Position numbers and translations under genes: made by a program
From: a virus
Taxonomy: Duplodnaviria > Caudoviricetes
IMG/VR virus record: IMGVR_UViG_3300050019_000211
Span: 1 to 51,893 of that record
DNA: 51,893 nucleotides
Direction: 5' to 3' (one strand)
The notes under the pieces: model-generated
The model's input: only the letters and a program-made list of their open reading frames with translations
Told to the model about the DNA's origin: nothing
Database searches by the model: none
Shown here: positions 42,900-51,893 of the stretch, one piece after another
How the letters are laid out: each line of letters starts with the position of its first letter
Numbering within the stretch: position 1 is the first letter of the stretch

Positions 42900-44939
42900 T
42901 TATTGAACCGGCAGCGGATTTGCTACTTCCGCTTCCTGCGTCTTGAGGGGGAAAGTCACAATGCCTTGATGCCGCAACGCGACTTTGGTGTGGCCGAATA
43001 TCTCGCCGCTCAGGTCCAGCCATCGCTGGCAGAAATACCAGTCCTCGCTCAAATAGCGGCCTTCATCAGTCTGGTCCGGCTCCAGCTTCCCATTGGTGGC
43101 CAACCGCAAGGTTCTATAAACGCCCATGCTCCAGAAATCGTGCGCGATGGCGCGGTTGCCGTAATCCTCCCGGAACCGCAGTTCGGGATATGCCACAATC
43201 ATCTTTTCAAACACTTCGCGCTTGACGCACAGGAAACCCGTGCCGATGTATTTCAACGGCTGCAACGCATCCCCGCGCATCGGTGGGGACGGGATGAGCG
43301 GGTTCACCACCCATTCCAGACGGCCCTCCTGTTTCTTGGGGTAAAACCCGCCGACGATGGGCTGGTCCGCCAGCAACAATTCTTTGACGTGCTCGACGCT
43401 GAAAATCAAATCGCTATCCATGAACAGCAGGTGTGTGCAGTCCGATTTCAGGAATTCCGCCGTCAACACGTTGCGCGTGCGGCCCACGCCGTCACCGCTG
43501 CCGACGTGCGGCTCGATGTGGCACGGTTTCCGCGCCTGCAATTCCATCAGGCAGCGCACAAATGCCATCGTCGGGTGCCCGTAAATCGGCAGGCCGATGA
43601 ATAGTTTGACGCGCTTCAGGCGGGGATCGTAATGCTCGTTCCGCAGGTTTTCGGCGCGAATGGAAATGGTCTTGCCATCCGGCGTGTTGCCGGAAAGCTC
43701 CGTGTCACCGGGGATTCGCACACGGCATTCAAGCTGCGCCAGCAGGCTTTTGCGGGCGAACTTGAGCAGGCCAAAATTGAAATCGCGGTGGTCGGGGATA
43801 TGCTGGATTTCAACCAGATCCGCCGCGGTCGCCAGCTTGCGGATGGCGTCCAAGTCGGCGCGGCGATGATATTCGCAGACGAGCGCCTGCGTCTTGAATA
43901 GGTCAAGATTTTCGAGGATTTCAACCTCGCAACCTTCTGTGTCAATCTTCACCAGTTCGCATGGAGGAAGTGTTCTGGCTGAAATACAATGAACCTCCAT
44001 TTTCTTTTCGGTTTGGCGCCCGCTAACCTTGTGAAAACTGCAAGTGACATCCTTATCGCCGATAAAAATACCTTCCGTGCCATCAAAAGACCTCACGGCA
44101 GCGATCTCAAGCGTCGCCTCTGGGCAATTCCTTAAAAATTGAGCGGCGGATTGAGGCATCGGTTCGTAGGCATAAATCCTGGCCGCCGGCCATTTATCGC
44201 GGCAGCGCATTGAATAGCAGCCGATGTTCGCGCCGATGTCGAGTATGGTTGCCGGGGTGAAGTCGAAAGGGATGTCGTATTGCTTCACCTCGTCGTGCCG
44301 CCATTGGCTGATGACGGTGCGCGTGCCGGGGATGGCGAACTTCATTGTCCCGCGATTAAGACATGACTTTTCAAAATGAAACATTTTCAGGCCCTTCGCC
44401 TCAAGCAATGAGCAGATGGGGACGCAATCCAAATCCCGGTGATATTCCAGCACTACGGCTTTGGTTGCCGACAGGTCAAGCCCCTGCAAAATCTCAAGTT
44501 CGCAGCCTTCCGTGTCAATCTTCACAAACTCAGCGCTGGAAATTGCGCCCGGATGTATGCAATCAACAGTCACCGTCTCCGGCAATTGTTCGCCAATGTC
44601 GTATGCGGAGCACGCGCCGGAATTGGTGGCGCTCATGTGGATTTTTAGAGTCTCGGAATTTGAAACCGCCTGGAGATGGAATTGCACGCGCGAATTTCCG
44701 GTGTGATTCAAGGCAAAGATTTCCGCGTTGTTCGGCACCGGCTCATAAGCTTCAATCTTGCATTCCGGCCACCGCTCCAAGGCCCAGGCCGTGAATGCGC
44801 CCTCGTTCGCGCCGATGTCCAGAACAGTTTTGGGGGCGGCAATCAGGTCGCATTCGTAGCAGCCGCCAAAAACCTCCTCAAAGGAATCATTCGTGCGCGT
44901 GAAGTTTTTGAATTGTGTGCGGGGGTGTGGGTTTTTCAT
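42900..44939 (-). CDS. FkbM methyltransferase x2 plus GT-A glycosyltransferase fusion
   Basis: Two LDIGAN.G / YEP / VKIDTEGCE domains; C-terminal HLLFMDSD, GGFYPKK, IGTGFL, YLSEDWYFC; start taken at ATG 44939. Confidence 0.88.
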   Translation of the reverse strand: MKNPHPRTQFKNFTRTNDSFEEVFGGCYECDLIAAPKTVLDIGANEGAFTAWALERWPECKIEAYEPVPNNAEIFALNHTGNSRVQFHLQAVSNSETLKIHMSATNSGACSAYDIGEQLPETVTVDCIHPGAISSAEFVKIDTEGCELEILQGLDLSATKAVVLEYHRDLDCVPICSLLEAKGLKMFHFEKSCLNRGTMKFAIPGTRTVISQWRHDEVKQYDIPFDFTPATILDIGANIGCYSMRCRDKWPAARIYAYEPMPQSAAQFLRNCPEATLEIAAVRSFDGTEGIFIGDKDVTCSFHKVSGRQTEKKMEVHCISARTLPPCELVKIDTEGCEVEILENLDLFKTQALVCEYHRRADLDAIRKLATAADLVEIQHIPDHRDFNFGLLKFARKSLLAQLECRVRIPGDTELSGNTPDGKTISIRAENLRNEHYDPRLKRVKLFIGLPIYGHPTMAFVRCLMELQARKPCHIEPHVGSGDGVGRTRNVLTAEFLKSDCTHLLFMDSDLIFSVEHVKELLLADQPIVGGFYPKKQEGRLEWVVNPLIPSPPMRGDALQPLKYIGTGFLCVKREVFEKMIVAYPELRFREDYGNRAIAHDFWSMGVYRTLRLATNGKLEPDQTDEGRYLSEDWYFCQRWLDLSGEIFGHTKVALRHQGIVTFPLKTQEAEVANPLPVQ

Positions 44940-45057
44940 GGTGAAAAAGCCCTGCCGACGAAAGCCAAACCAGTGAGTTGTGACGCCCGGCAAGTTCGGG
45001 CATTCCGCCGGCAGGAGAATTGGTTATCGGGCGTCACACTAACCGCGCGCAGTCAAA

Positions 45058-45624
45058 TCAATCAAACTCTGGCAATGTCAACACCCTGGTCGCTTTCAGC
45101 CGGATGCCGGCAATCACATTTGTTTGAAAACCGGCGGAAGCGCCGTTCAGGAACACAAACGCCAGCCGGTCAAGCCCGGTCAAATCAAGATTTGTAACCA
45201 CCGTGTAAGTCGCCGTGTCATTCGGGGCGGCATTGGTGGTGGTGAAATTCCATCGCGGTGTGGTGTCCCATACGGCGCCCTTGCTGGCCGAGCCAAAGAT
45301 TTGCACCCCAAAAACTTCGTTGGTTGAGCCGGCCACACCCACCGATTGAAATGTAAATCCGCATTTGTCGAAATCCATGCACTTCACCACGATGTTCGAT
45401 GCCGTGATGGTTATGGCCGATGATGGAGATCCCCATTGATTCGTAACCGTGCCGGACAGCAGCACAATCCGGTTTGTCGTTCCCGCCGGCAGCGTGGCCG
45501 TCAGGTCGTTCGTCGCGGTGTCAACCAGGTTGAACAGGTTGTAATACCGCGCCACCTGTGCCGGGGCCGGTTGAACCGCCAAGGCGCAAAGAACACCAAG
45601 GCAAAGAAGATATTTCATTCTCAT
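45058..45624 (-). CDS. signal-peptide protein in the head module
   Basis: MRMKYLLCLGVLCALAVQPAPA; start taken at ATG 45624. Confidence 0.65.
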   Translation of the reverse strand: MRMKYLLCLGVLCALAVQPAPAQVARYYNLFNLVDTATNDLTATLPAGTTNRIVLLSGTVTNQWGSPSSAITITASNIVVKCMDFDKCGFTFQSVGVAGSTNEVFGVQIFGSASKGAVWDTTPRWNFTTTNAAPNDTATYTVVTNLDLTGLDRLAFVFLNGASAGFQTNVIAGIRLKATRVLTLPEFD

Positions 45625-45630
45625 AATCGT

Positions 45631-45669
45631 AAAATTCAAAACGCGGCGCGGTGACAACTCCGCGCCGCG
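45631..45669 (-). terminator. rho-independent terminator after the capsid genes
   Basis: CGCGGCGCGG/CCGCGCCGCG 10-bp stem followed by TTTTGAATTTT on the minus strand. Confidence 0.8.
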
Positions 45670-45697
45670 AGAAACGGAACCAAAACAAACCCAAAAC

Positions 45698-46135
45698 TTA
45701 AAACGCCAGAGCAAACGTGACGTTGGCCGTATTGGCCGCGTTGGAGCCGCCTGCGCCCTGGGCAATCTGCAAACGGACATACCGCAGCAACGCCGTAGGC
45801 GGGACTGCAAAAACAATGTTGGTCGCGGGATAGGTGGCGCCGTTGCTGGCAATGCTGGTCAAAGCTTGTCCGGGCACATTCACCATGTTCGCCGTGTTGG
45901 CCGGCTCCGCGCTGTGCTGCATGATGCAGTTGATGGCCGCCGCGTTGCCGTTGTTGGCCGTGGCCGCATCCGTGAACGCCACGAAATTGACCTGGTCCAG
46001 CGATGCAAACGGCTTGACCACCTCCAGGTCAATGATGTTGGTGTTGGCCGTGGCGCTGATGATCGGCAGCGCCAGGGTGACGCTTTTTTGCGCGTCGAGC
46101 TGGCGGCGGGGTGATTCTTGGGATTGCAATGCCAT
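45698..46135 (-). CDS. putative capsid decoration/cement protein
   Basis: 145 aa with an LLRYVRL motif, downstream of the major capsid gene. Confidence 0.6.
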   Translation of the reverse strand: MALQSQESPRRQLDAQKSVTLALPIISATANTNIIDLEVVKPFASLDQVNFVAFTDAATANNGNAAAINCIMQHSAEPANTANMVNVPGQALTSIASNGATYPATNIVFAVPPTALLRYVRLQIAQGAGGSNAANTANVTFALAF

Positions 46136-46170
46136 ATTTTTGTTTGGTTAAATTTTTTGTCCGATGCGAA

Positions 46171-46632
46171 TTATTCCTCCGGCGTGAAACCTTCGGCCAG
46201 CAGCAATGCGGCCACGATGTCCGATTTGCTGGCATTCGGGGCGAGCCGGATCTGGTTCTCGTCGCCCGACGTGGTGTTGAACGTGGCCACTTCCGCCAGC
46301 AATTCATCCTTGGTCTTGCCGTTCAACAGATCCTTCTGGTCGGAAAGTTTTTGGTCGGCAGCTTTAGTAAGTCTTTTGTCGGCCGCTTTCTCGGCGGCAA
46401 CATCCGCGCGCGTGAAATGTCCCGGCTTGGGCACGTCGGAGACCGTGCAGTTCCGCACGACAATCAAGTCCGCCGGCTTCGACACGCCATCGCGGTCTTT
46501 TTCCGTTGTCCCATTCGGGATGCCGATGTTCACGGTGCCGTCTTCGTTCTCGGTGAGAATGGTGAACCGCTTCGGCTCCGCGTGGGGAGAATGATAAAAG
46601 CCGGTTGCTTTGCCTGTTTCGTTTTTAGCCAT
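46171..46632 (-). CDS. head-module protein with a C-terminal HeH/Rho-N-like motif
   Basis: MAKNETGKA...KTKDELLAE...NASKSDIVAALL; start taken at ATG 46632. Confidence 0.6.
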   Translation of the reverse strand: MAKNETGKATGFYHSPHAEPKRFTILTENEDGTVNIGIPNGTTEKDRDGVSKPADLIVVRNCTVSDVPKPGHFTRADVAAEKAADKRLTKAADQKLSDQKDLLNGKTKDELLAEVATFNTTSGDENQIRLAPNASKSDIVAALLLAEGFTPEE

Positions 46633-46667
46633 AAAGTTGATTTGTTGTTTTTTAATTTTTGGCCGGC

Positions 46668-47714
46668 TTATGCCACGACTGCTTCCGTGTTCACGATGCT
46701 GTTGGTCAGCACAATCGGGATGCCGTTCGATTGCGGATTCATGCTCGTCGGATATTGCAGCGGGGTGGCCGCGGTGATGGCCGTGCCGCCGGAAGCCGCT
46801 ATCGGCGTGCGGCTGGCTTGCAGACTGAGCCATGCCTGCGGGTTCATCATGATCTTCAGGCCGGGGCCAAAAGGCTTCGGGCCGCCGGTGTTGTAATTGG
46901 CCAGGGCTTCCGCCTGCATGGTCAACGGCAGCCAGGAAAGCACTTTCGCAATAAATGCGTCCGTGCAGGGCTTGCTGTCCGTGCCCCAGTTGATGTTCGC
47001 CAGCCGGGCAACCGAGAGCGGGTGGTTGATGGCGAAGCCGAGCCAGCCCTGGATGTTGTTCACCAGCGCCGTGAGCGGCTTGCTGTTCGCGCCGAGCACC
47101 TGTTGAAGCCGCCATTCGGGCATCATGGTCAGCCCGCGATTTTTGCCGAAAATGAAGTGCGCGCCACGGATATTTTCCCAAATGAAATAGGCCGAGGTCT
47201 GGACGGTGGAACTTGATCCGCCGGCACTCACGCAAACCGGCGTGGTGTTGGTGGCCGGATTCAGAGAGCCGAGAAACGGCGCCATGCCGCCAAAACCGTT
47301 GGCATCGTTGGAGGTTCCGTAATAAAGCTGCGCGCCGGCGGTGATATACACGCCTTGAATCACGCCGGAAGCCTCGTCGAAAAGAGGATCGCCGATGTCC
47401 GACTGCGGCCCCTCGCCGGGTGCGGCAGCGTCCACGACGGCGCTGTCCGCCTGGATTTGCGCGTCAATGATGGAACATTCGTGCAGGGAATCCCGGTAAA
47501 GACCCTTTACCGTGTCCGAGCCGTTATTCGCCTGGCGGAACGCAACCGTCGGGAGCGAGCGATGGATGGTCTTGTATTGTGTGCCGACAATGGGGCGGCC
47601 CATGATCGCGCCGAGTTCCGGCGCGTAGATGATGGTATCTTCGAGCAGGCCGATTTCCTGGTCGCCGCCTTTGCGTTTGGTGATGTCCAGCAGTGAAATG
47701 AGTGCGTTTGACAT
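46668..47714 (-). CDS. major capsid protein
   Basis: 348 aa after protease and scaffold; LPTVAFRQAN, YYG....NGF.G, IMMN, GIPIVLTNSIVNTE. Confidence 0.85.
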   Translation of the reverse strand: MSNALISLLDITKRKGGDQEIGLLEDTIIYAPELGAIMGRPIVGTQYKTIHRSLPTVAFRQANNGSDTVKGLYRDSLHECSIIDAQIQADSAVVDAAAPGEGPQSDIGDPLFDEASGVIQGVYITAGAQLYYGTSNDANGFGGMAPFLGSLNPATNTTPVCVSAGGSSSTVQTSAYFIWENIRGAHFIFGKNRGLTMMPEWRLQQVLGANSKPLTALVNNIQGWLGFAINHPLSVARLANINWGTDSKPCTDAFIAKVLSWLPLTMQAEALANYNTGGPKPFGPGLKIMMNPQAWLSLQASRTPIAASGGTAITAATPLQYPTSMNPQSNGIPIVLTNSIVNTEAVVA

Positions 47715-47745
47715 AAATTTGTTTTAGAGATTCGTGGTCGGTTGA

Positions 47746-48486
47746 TTATTGCTTGACGGCGACGGCGGCGCTGAACCGGGCGCGACCGGTTTTTTCAGTT
47801 TTGGCGGCAGTGGCCGTTCCAGCACCAGCACTGGGCAGGTCGGCCAAAGAGACTTGCGTGCGCTGCACGGCGGCATTCACCGCGCCGCCAATGGCCTTGA
47901 GCTTGTCGGCCACGGGGATGCGTTCGGCGGCGGCCTGTTTTTCAGCCGCAGTTGCGGTGGACGGAAGCAGGCCGCCCTTTTCATCGCGCAAATCGGAGAG
48001 GCAGTTGAAAGTGAGTGCCTGGCGGGAAACTTCGGCGTTCACGGCGTTCAATTGGCCGGCTACGCGACCAGCTTCGGCGGCGGCGGAATTGCGCAATTCG
48101 GTAAGTTGGGCGTTTTCGGCCGTCAACCGTGTGACATTGGCTTGTGCGACGGAAAGATTGGTTTCCAATGTGGATTTTTCCTGCGTGATTGTGCCAAGAC
48201 TGGCCTTGGCAACGGCCAGGGCGGATTCGGATTTTTCCAGTTGCGCCGTGATTTGGCCGTTCAACGTGGCAAGTTCAACATCATCATTCGATTTTGCGCC
48301 CGCCTTCATCACACTGGCGTATGCGTTGATGCGGGCATCAAGGGGAACATCCGACGCCGGCTTGTCCGCGCCGTCAATTTTGATTGAAGTGATGTTGGCC
48401 GCGGTCAGAAGCGGATTGATGGCTTCATCGGCGGCGGAAAGTTCCGCCGTCAGTTTCGGAGCATTCCAAGATTGTTTGCGTGCCAT
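47746..48486 (-). CDS. putative scaffolding protein
   Basis: Ala-rich coiled-coil between protease and capsid genes. Confidence 0.65.
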   Translation of the reverse strand: MARKQSWNAPKLTAELSAADEAINPLLTAANITSIKIDGADKPASDVPLDARINAYASVMKAGAKSNDDVELATLNGQITAQLEKSESALAVAKASLGTITQEKSTLETNLSVAQANVTRLTAENAQLTELRNSAAAEAGRVAGQLNAVNAEVSRQALTFNCLSDLRDEKGGLLPSTATAAEKQAAAERIPVADKLKAIGGAVNAAVQRTQVSLADLPSAGAGTATAAKTEKTGRARFSAAVAVKQ

Positions 48487-48636
48487 AAAATTTTATTCTT
48501 TGAATTGCAATTGCGGTTGTTCCGCGCTTAACAAGCTTCTCAAGTCAACCCGCCGGCGCCTCTGGCTATGGCGAGGCAGGCCGCGACAGGTAGCGGAGGC
48601 CCGTGAGATGGCCGCAACGGGAAGTGGAAAACGCAG

Positions 48637-49698
48637 TTATTCTTCAAAATCTTCATCTGGGGCGTAACCGGCGCCGATGTCCTCAATGATTGAATCTGCA
48701 AAACCTTTTTCAATCGCTTCCGGCCCGATGAATTCTTGGCCGCGCAACAGCGATTCATCAATGATGCGCGTCGAGCGGACCACTTCGCGCAACTGTTCAC
48801 CGAAAAAGTCCGCGTGTTTCTGGAATTCGGCCTTTTGCTTGGGTGAAAGGCTCGTGCCATCCATGCCGGCGCCCTTGTATTCGCCGGAAGCGAAAACCTG
48901 CATCAGCAAACCGGCGACCTCGAAAGCCTTGCTCGAATCCAGAATCGCGCAAAACGCACCCACGCTGCCGATCATCGTCGTCTCGGTGATGGCAATGCTG
49001 TCGCACGCGGTCGCCAGTCCGAACGCCGCGCTCCCGATGCCCGTGTCCGAAATCGCCTTGATGGGGATTCCCGCCTCGCGCACTTGAAAAATCTTGTTGA
49101 TGGTTTCCTTCAAGCCGTTGCACATGCCGCCGGGGGAGCCGATCTTCATCACAATCCGCTTGAGTCCCGGCGTGGATTGCGCAGCCATCAAATCGTTTTG
49201 GATCTGCTGATAGCTGCACGCGCCGCACATCCGGTCCATCAGCGATGCGTGATTGAGCAACGGGCCGAACACCGGCACGATGGCCAAGCCGTCGGGCGTC
49301 ACCTGAAACTGTTCAATCGGCTGGCCGAAAAAGTCCGTGTCGGGACATTCATCATCATCGCATCCTGAAAATGCCAATGACTTTTCATTGGTGTCATCTT
49401 GATTTACCGGCTTTCCGCAATTCGGGCAGGCGACGGAACCCATTGCTATTTCCGGCTCTTTTTTGCCGTCAAAAACGCAGCCGCAGTTCGGGCATTTCAA
49501 GTCGGCACTGTTATTGTCGCCCGCGGCCGGCTTGGCGGATTTCTTCATGCGCGCATTGATGAAGTTCTGAACATTGGTCGGCAGGGCCGCGCCGAGCAGG
49601 TGCGGCTTGACGACACGGTGAACGTCGCGCCAGCCCGCGTCCGTGATGCTCCACGGTTTGAAATAAACCGCCTCGATTATTTGTTGGAATTTTGGCAT
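48637..49698 (-). CDS. S49 family prohead protease
   Basis: IGSPGG, GSAAFGLA, IGSVGA, SGEYKG; start taken at ATG 49698; CPNCG x2 insert. Confidence 0.9.
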   Translation of the reverse strand: MPKFQQIIEAVYFKPWSITDAGWRDVHRVVKPHLLGAALPTNVQNFINARMKKSAKPAAGDNNSADLKCPNCGCVFDGKKEPEIAMGSVACPNCGKPVNQDDTNEKSLAFSGCDDDECPDTDFFGQPIEQFQVTPDGLAIVPVFGPLLNHASLMDRMCGACSYQQIQNDLMAAQSTPGLKRIVMKIGSPGGMCNGLKETINKIFQVREAGIPIKAISDTGIGSAAFGLATACDSIAITETTMIGSVGAFCAILDSSKAFEVAGLLMQVFASGEYKGAGMDGTSLSPKQKAEFQKHADFFGEQLREVVRSTRIIDESLLRGQEFIGPEAIEKGFADSIIEDIGAGYAPDEDFEE

Positions 49699-49887
49699 AA
49701 TTTTAAGCGCAGAAAGTTGGATGAACCGGCGACATCCATGAATAGCCGTTCTGCCGGCAATAATTTTTCGCCGCCTTTTGCGAGTTCGGCGCGGCCACAA
49801 TTTGCCGCGTCAGCGGATGCCGCAACACGCGCCCGCTCACATACAGTTGCGATTTTTCAAGTATCAAAGCTGTGCCACGCCATGCGT

Positions 49888-51633
49888 TCATTTGGTGTTA
49901 TCCTTTTTGTCTGGTGTTTTTGGGGCAGGAGTTTTAGGAGCGTCGCTGCCGGGGACACCCGGAGCGGGTGGCGTTGCTTCGCCCTTCTGCTGCGCGTTGT
50001 CCGAAAAACTCTGCATCGCCTCGCCGGAATCCAGCCGGAGCAGCCATTCCTTTTTAGTCATCCAGTCGTGTTTCGCGGCCAGGCTTTCCGCCCGCTTTGC
50101 CAGGCGATCTTCCTCCGCCTCGCGTTGCTCCTCGATTTCTTCCGCCAGATAGCCGTCCAGTTCGCAGATCATCCCGCGGGAAATAGTGCAGCGCCCAAGC
50201 GATTGCAACCGTTGCTTGCTGTCATTGCCCTCATCCACCGTGAACTTTCCGGGGACGGTAAAAACGTAATTATACGGGTCAGCCAGATTGTTGTTGGTGG
50301 GGATAAATCCCATGCGCATTTCCCATTCCGTGCGCCGGTCGCAAATCCAGCGCGCGTCCCGTTCAAGGCATTTCTGGTCCCAAACGCAAATCGTGTTCGC
50401 CTGCGCCGCCGTCACGCGGGTCGCCGCGCGCCCGGTGTCGCCGGAATAAATCAGCGGGCGCGGCCAGAGATCGTGCATCACCGCCGTCTCGATGCGCGCA
50501 ATCAGGTTTTCCTCGTTCATCGAGGGCCGGTCAAACGGCAGCACCTTGAGCGATTCCTTGTTATTCTGCGCCATTTCGAAGATGCCTGGGTAAATCTCCT
50601 GCACCGACCGTTTCCATTTCACCGGTGCGCCGGCTTCATCCGTGCTTTCCTCGTCGTAATTCGCGCGCCCGCCCTGGCGCGGGTTGCCGTCCGTGCTTTC
50701 CCGCCCGATGGTCAGCGCTGCCGCCAGCTTCATCGCCATCGTGATGAGATGCTGCACGTCGTCCAAGTGCATGATCTGGATTATCTTGCACCCAATATCG
50801 GGCCAGCCTCGGATCAAGTCGGTTTCCTCGCGCGAAGAAAAATTGAAGTGCATCTGCGCCGCCGGCACGTCCACATACGTCGGCTGGCCCGAGTCCGTAA
50901 AACCCGTCAGGCGGAAGCCAGCGCGCACCATGTTCGCGTCCACAATGATGCCGTCCACGATGCGATACCCGTCAAAAATGCTAGTTTTGTCGTTGATGAT
51001 GTAAATGCCCGGCCACGAAGCCTGCCCCGAAAGGCTTGTGCTATACGCATATCCTTGAACCTTAGGCAGTTCCTTCAATTCTTCGAGGCCGTTTCCAACC
51101 CCGACGGCGCCGGGCTTCGAGCCGCCGATGATGCTGGTAGAAATGCGGTCGAATGTGATTATTTGGAACCGGCCGGATGCCGGCGTGGTTTTTAACGTCA
51201 CCGGGTCTTGATAATCCTTGCCGTCGAACAAAATGCCGTAATCCGCCTGCACCTTGCGCGTCCAGTTCAATTGCCGCAGGGTGGACCACCAATCCGATTG
51301 CTTGCCGCGCGTGTTGCAATCCCGGAAAAAGCTGGTATTGAAAGATTCATCGCGCTTTTTGCCCCAAGCCGCGTTCGTGCCGCGGTATTTGATGTGCCAC
51401 GAATCGCCCACGGAATACTCGCCCGCCTGGAGCAGTGCCGCGCGTATATTCTGGACGCCCTTCGCCGCCACGCGCGAAACATCCACCATCTCCCGCCGTT
51501 GCCATGCTGAAACCGCCTCGTAAGACTTGGCGCGGGGCCGCGAGATGCGCCCCATGTCGCCGCCCATCTGCGACGGCGTTTTCATCAGCGTATTCACGCC
51601 GTAGGACGAATACGGATTGACGATGGTGCTCAT
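49888..51633 (-). CDS. portal protein (lambda-like)
   Basis: 581 aa directly upstream of the S49 protease; LIRGWP, FDRPS, FTVDEG motifs. Confidence 0.75.
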   Translation of the reverse strand: MSTIVNPYSSYGVNTLMKTPSQMGGDMGRISRPRAKSYEAVSAWQRREMVDVSRVAAKGVQNIRAALLQAGEYSVGDSWHIKYRGTNAAWGKKRDESFNTSFFRDCNTRGKQSDWWSTLRQLNWTRKVQADYGILFDGKDYQDPVTLKTTPASGRFQIITFDRISTSIIGGSKPGAVGVGNGLEELKELPKVQGYAYSTSLSGQASWPGIYIINDKTSIFDGYRIVDGIIVDANMVRAGFRLTGFTDSGQPTYVDVPAAQMHFNFSSREETDLIRGWPDIGCKIIQIMHLDDVQHLITMAMKLAAALTIGRESTDGNPRQGGRANYDEESTDEAGAPVKWKRSVQEIYPGIFEMAQNNKESLKVLPFDRPSMNEENLIARIETAVMHDLWPRPLIYSGDTGRAATRVTAAQANTICVWDQKCLERDARWICDRRTEWEMRMGFIPTNNNLADPYNYVFTVPGKFTVDEGNDSKQRLQSLGRCTISRGMICELDGYLAEEIEEQREAEEDRLAKRAESLAAKHDWMTKKEWLLRLDSGEAMQSFSDNAQQKGEATPPAPGVPGSDAPKTPAPKTPDKKDNTK

Positions 51634-51812
51634 TTCTGTTGCAACGCCTTGGCCGCCTGCGTGCCGGCCATGTAAAGTTCGTCAACCAGGGGGTTCGGCA
51701 AAGGCTTGTTCTCCGCGTTCAAAAGAGGATGCGCCAAAGCAAACGCCTGGATTTCCTTCCACGCTTCCAGGATTTCAAGATTTTCAGCAACGGTGAATTT
51801 TGGATTTTTCAT
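51630..51812 (-). CDS. small hypothetical protein
   Basis: 60 aa with ATGA overlap to the portal gene. Confidence 0.55.
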   Translation of the reverse strand: MKNPKFTVAENLEILEAWKEIQAFALAHPLLNAENKPLPNPLVDELYMAGTQAAKALQQK

Positions 51813-51893
51813 CGCCGGTTCAGATTGTTGATGCCGCCGAAGTTCGCGCGGGTGATGGCGGGGCGCTGGTTGTTATAGGCCGCCAGTTGGATC

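Noticed and set aside
46633-47235. N-terminal extension of the 354-aa ORF 46171-47235
   Set aside because: Overlaps the capsid gene out of frame; the likely start is the ATG at 46632.
49399-51195. 598-aa plus-strand ORF
   Set aside because: Antisense shadow of the portal gene in GC-rich DNA with no recognisable motifs.

Overview
The window is a large part of a tailed (siphovirus-like) phage or prophage genome, almost all on the minus strand. The DnaB N-terminus suggests a Verrucomicrobiota-like host, but that is inference. Reading right to left: lambda-type portal, S49 prohead protease, scaffold, major capsid, an FkbM-FkbM-glycosyltransferase fusion, a plus-strand early island (LPD29 protein, minimal ATP-dependent ligase), neck/tail/tape-measure genes, several signal-peptide-bearing adhesin or glycosidase-like proteins, a lysis region, a divergent ribbon-helix-helix switch, and an early/replication operon (DnaB, DUF1376-like initiator, Gp37/68, methyltransferases). 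The main discovery is a complete phage-encoded integron inside the early operon. It has an intact IntI (9456-10412), an attI-like site (10431-10450), nine consecutive cassettes bounded by attC hairpins, one degenerate terminal attC, and a second IntI-less array of four attC sites (539-2369). Every cassette gene is antisense to its attC and is read toward intI. Most genes start inside their own attC and take their C-terminus and stop codon from the neighbouring att site in a conserved reading frame. One 251-bp cassette occurs twice, with identity ending at the GTT crossover points, and one attC has a roughly 240-bp loop encoding a Lar-like zinc-finger domain. All family assignments are from manual motif recognition, not database searches.
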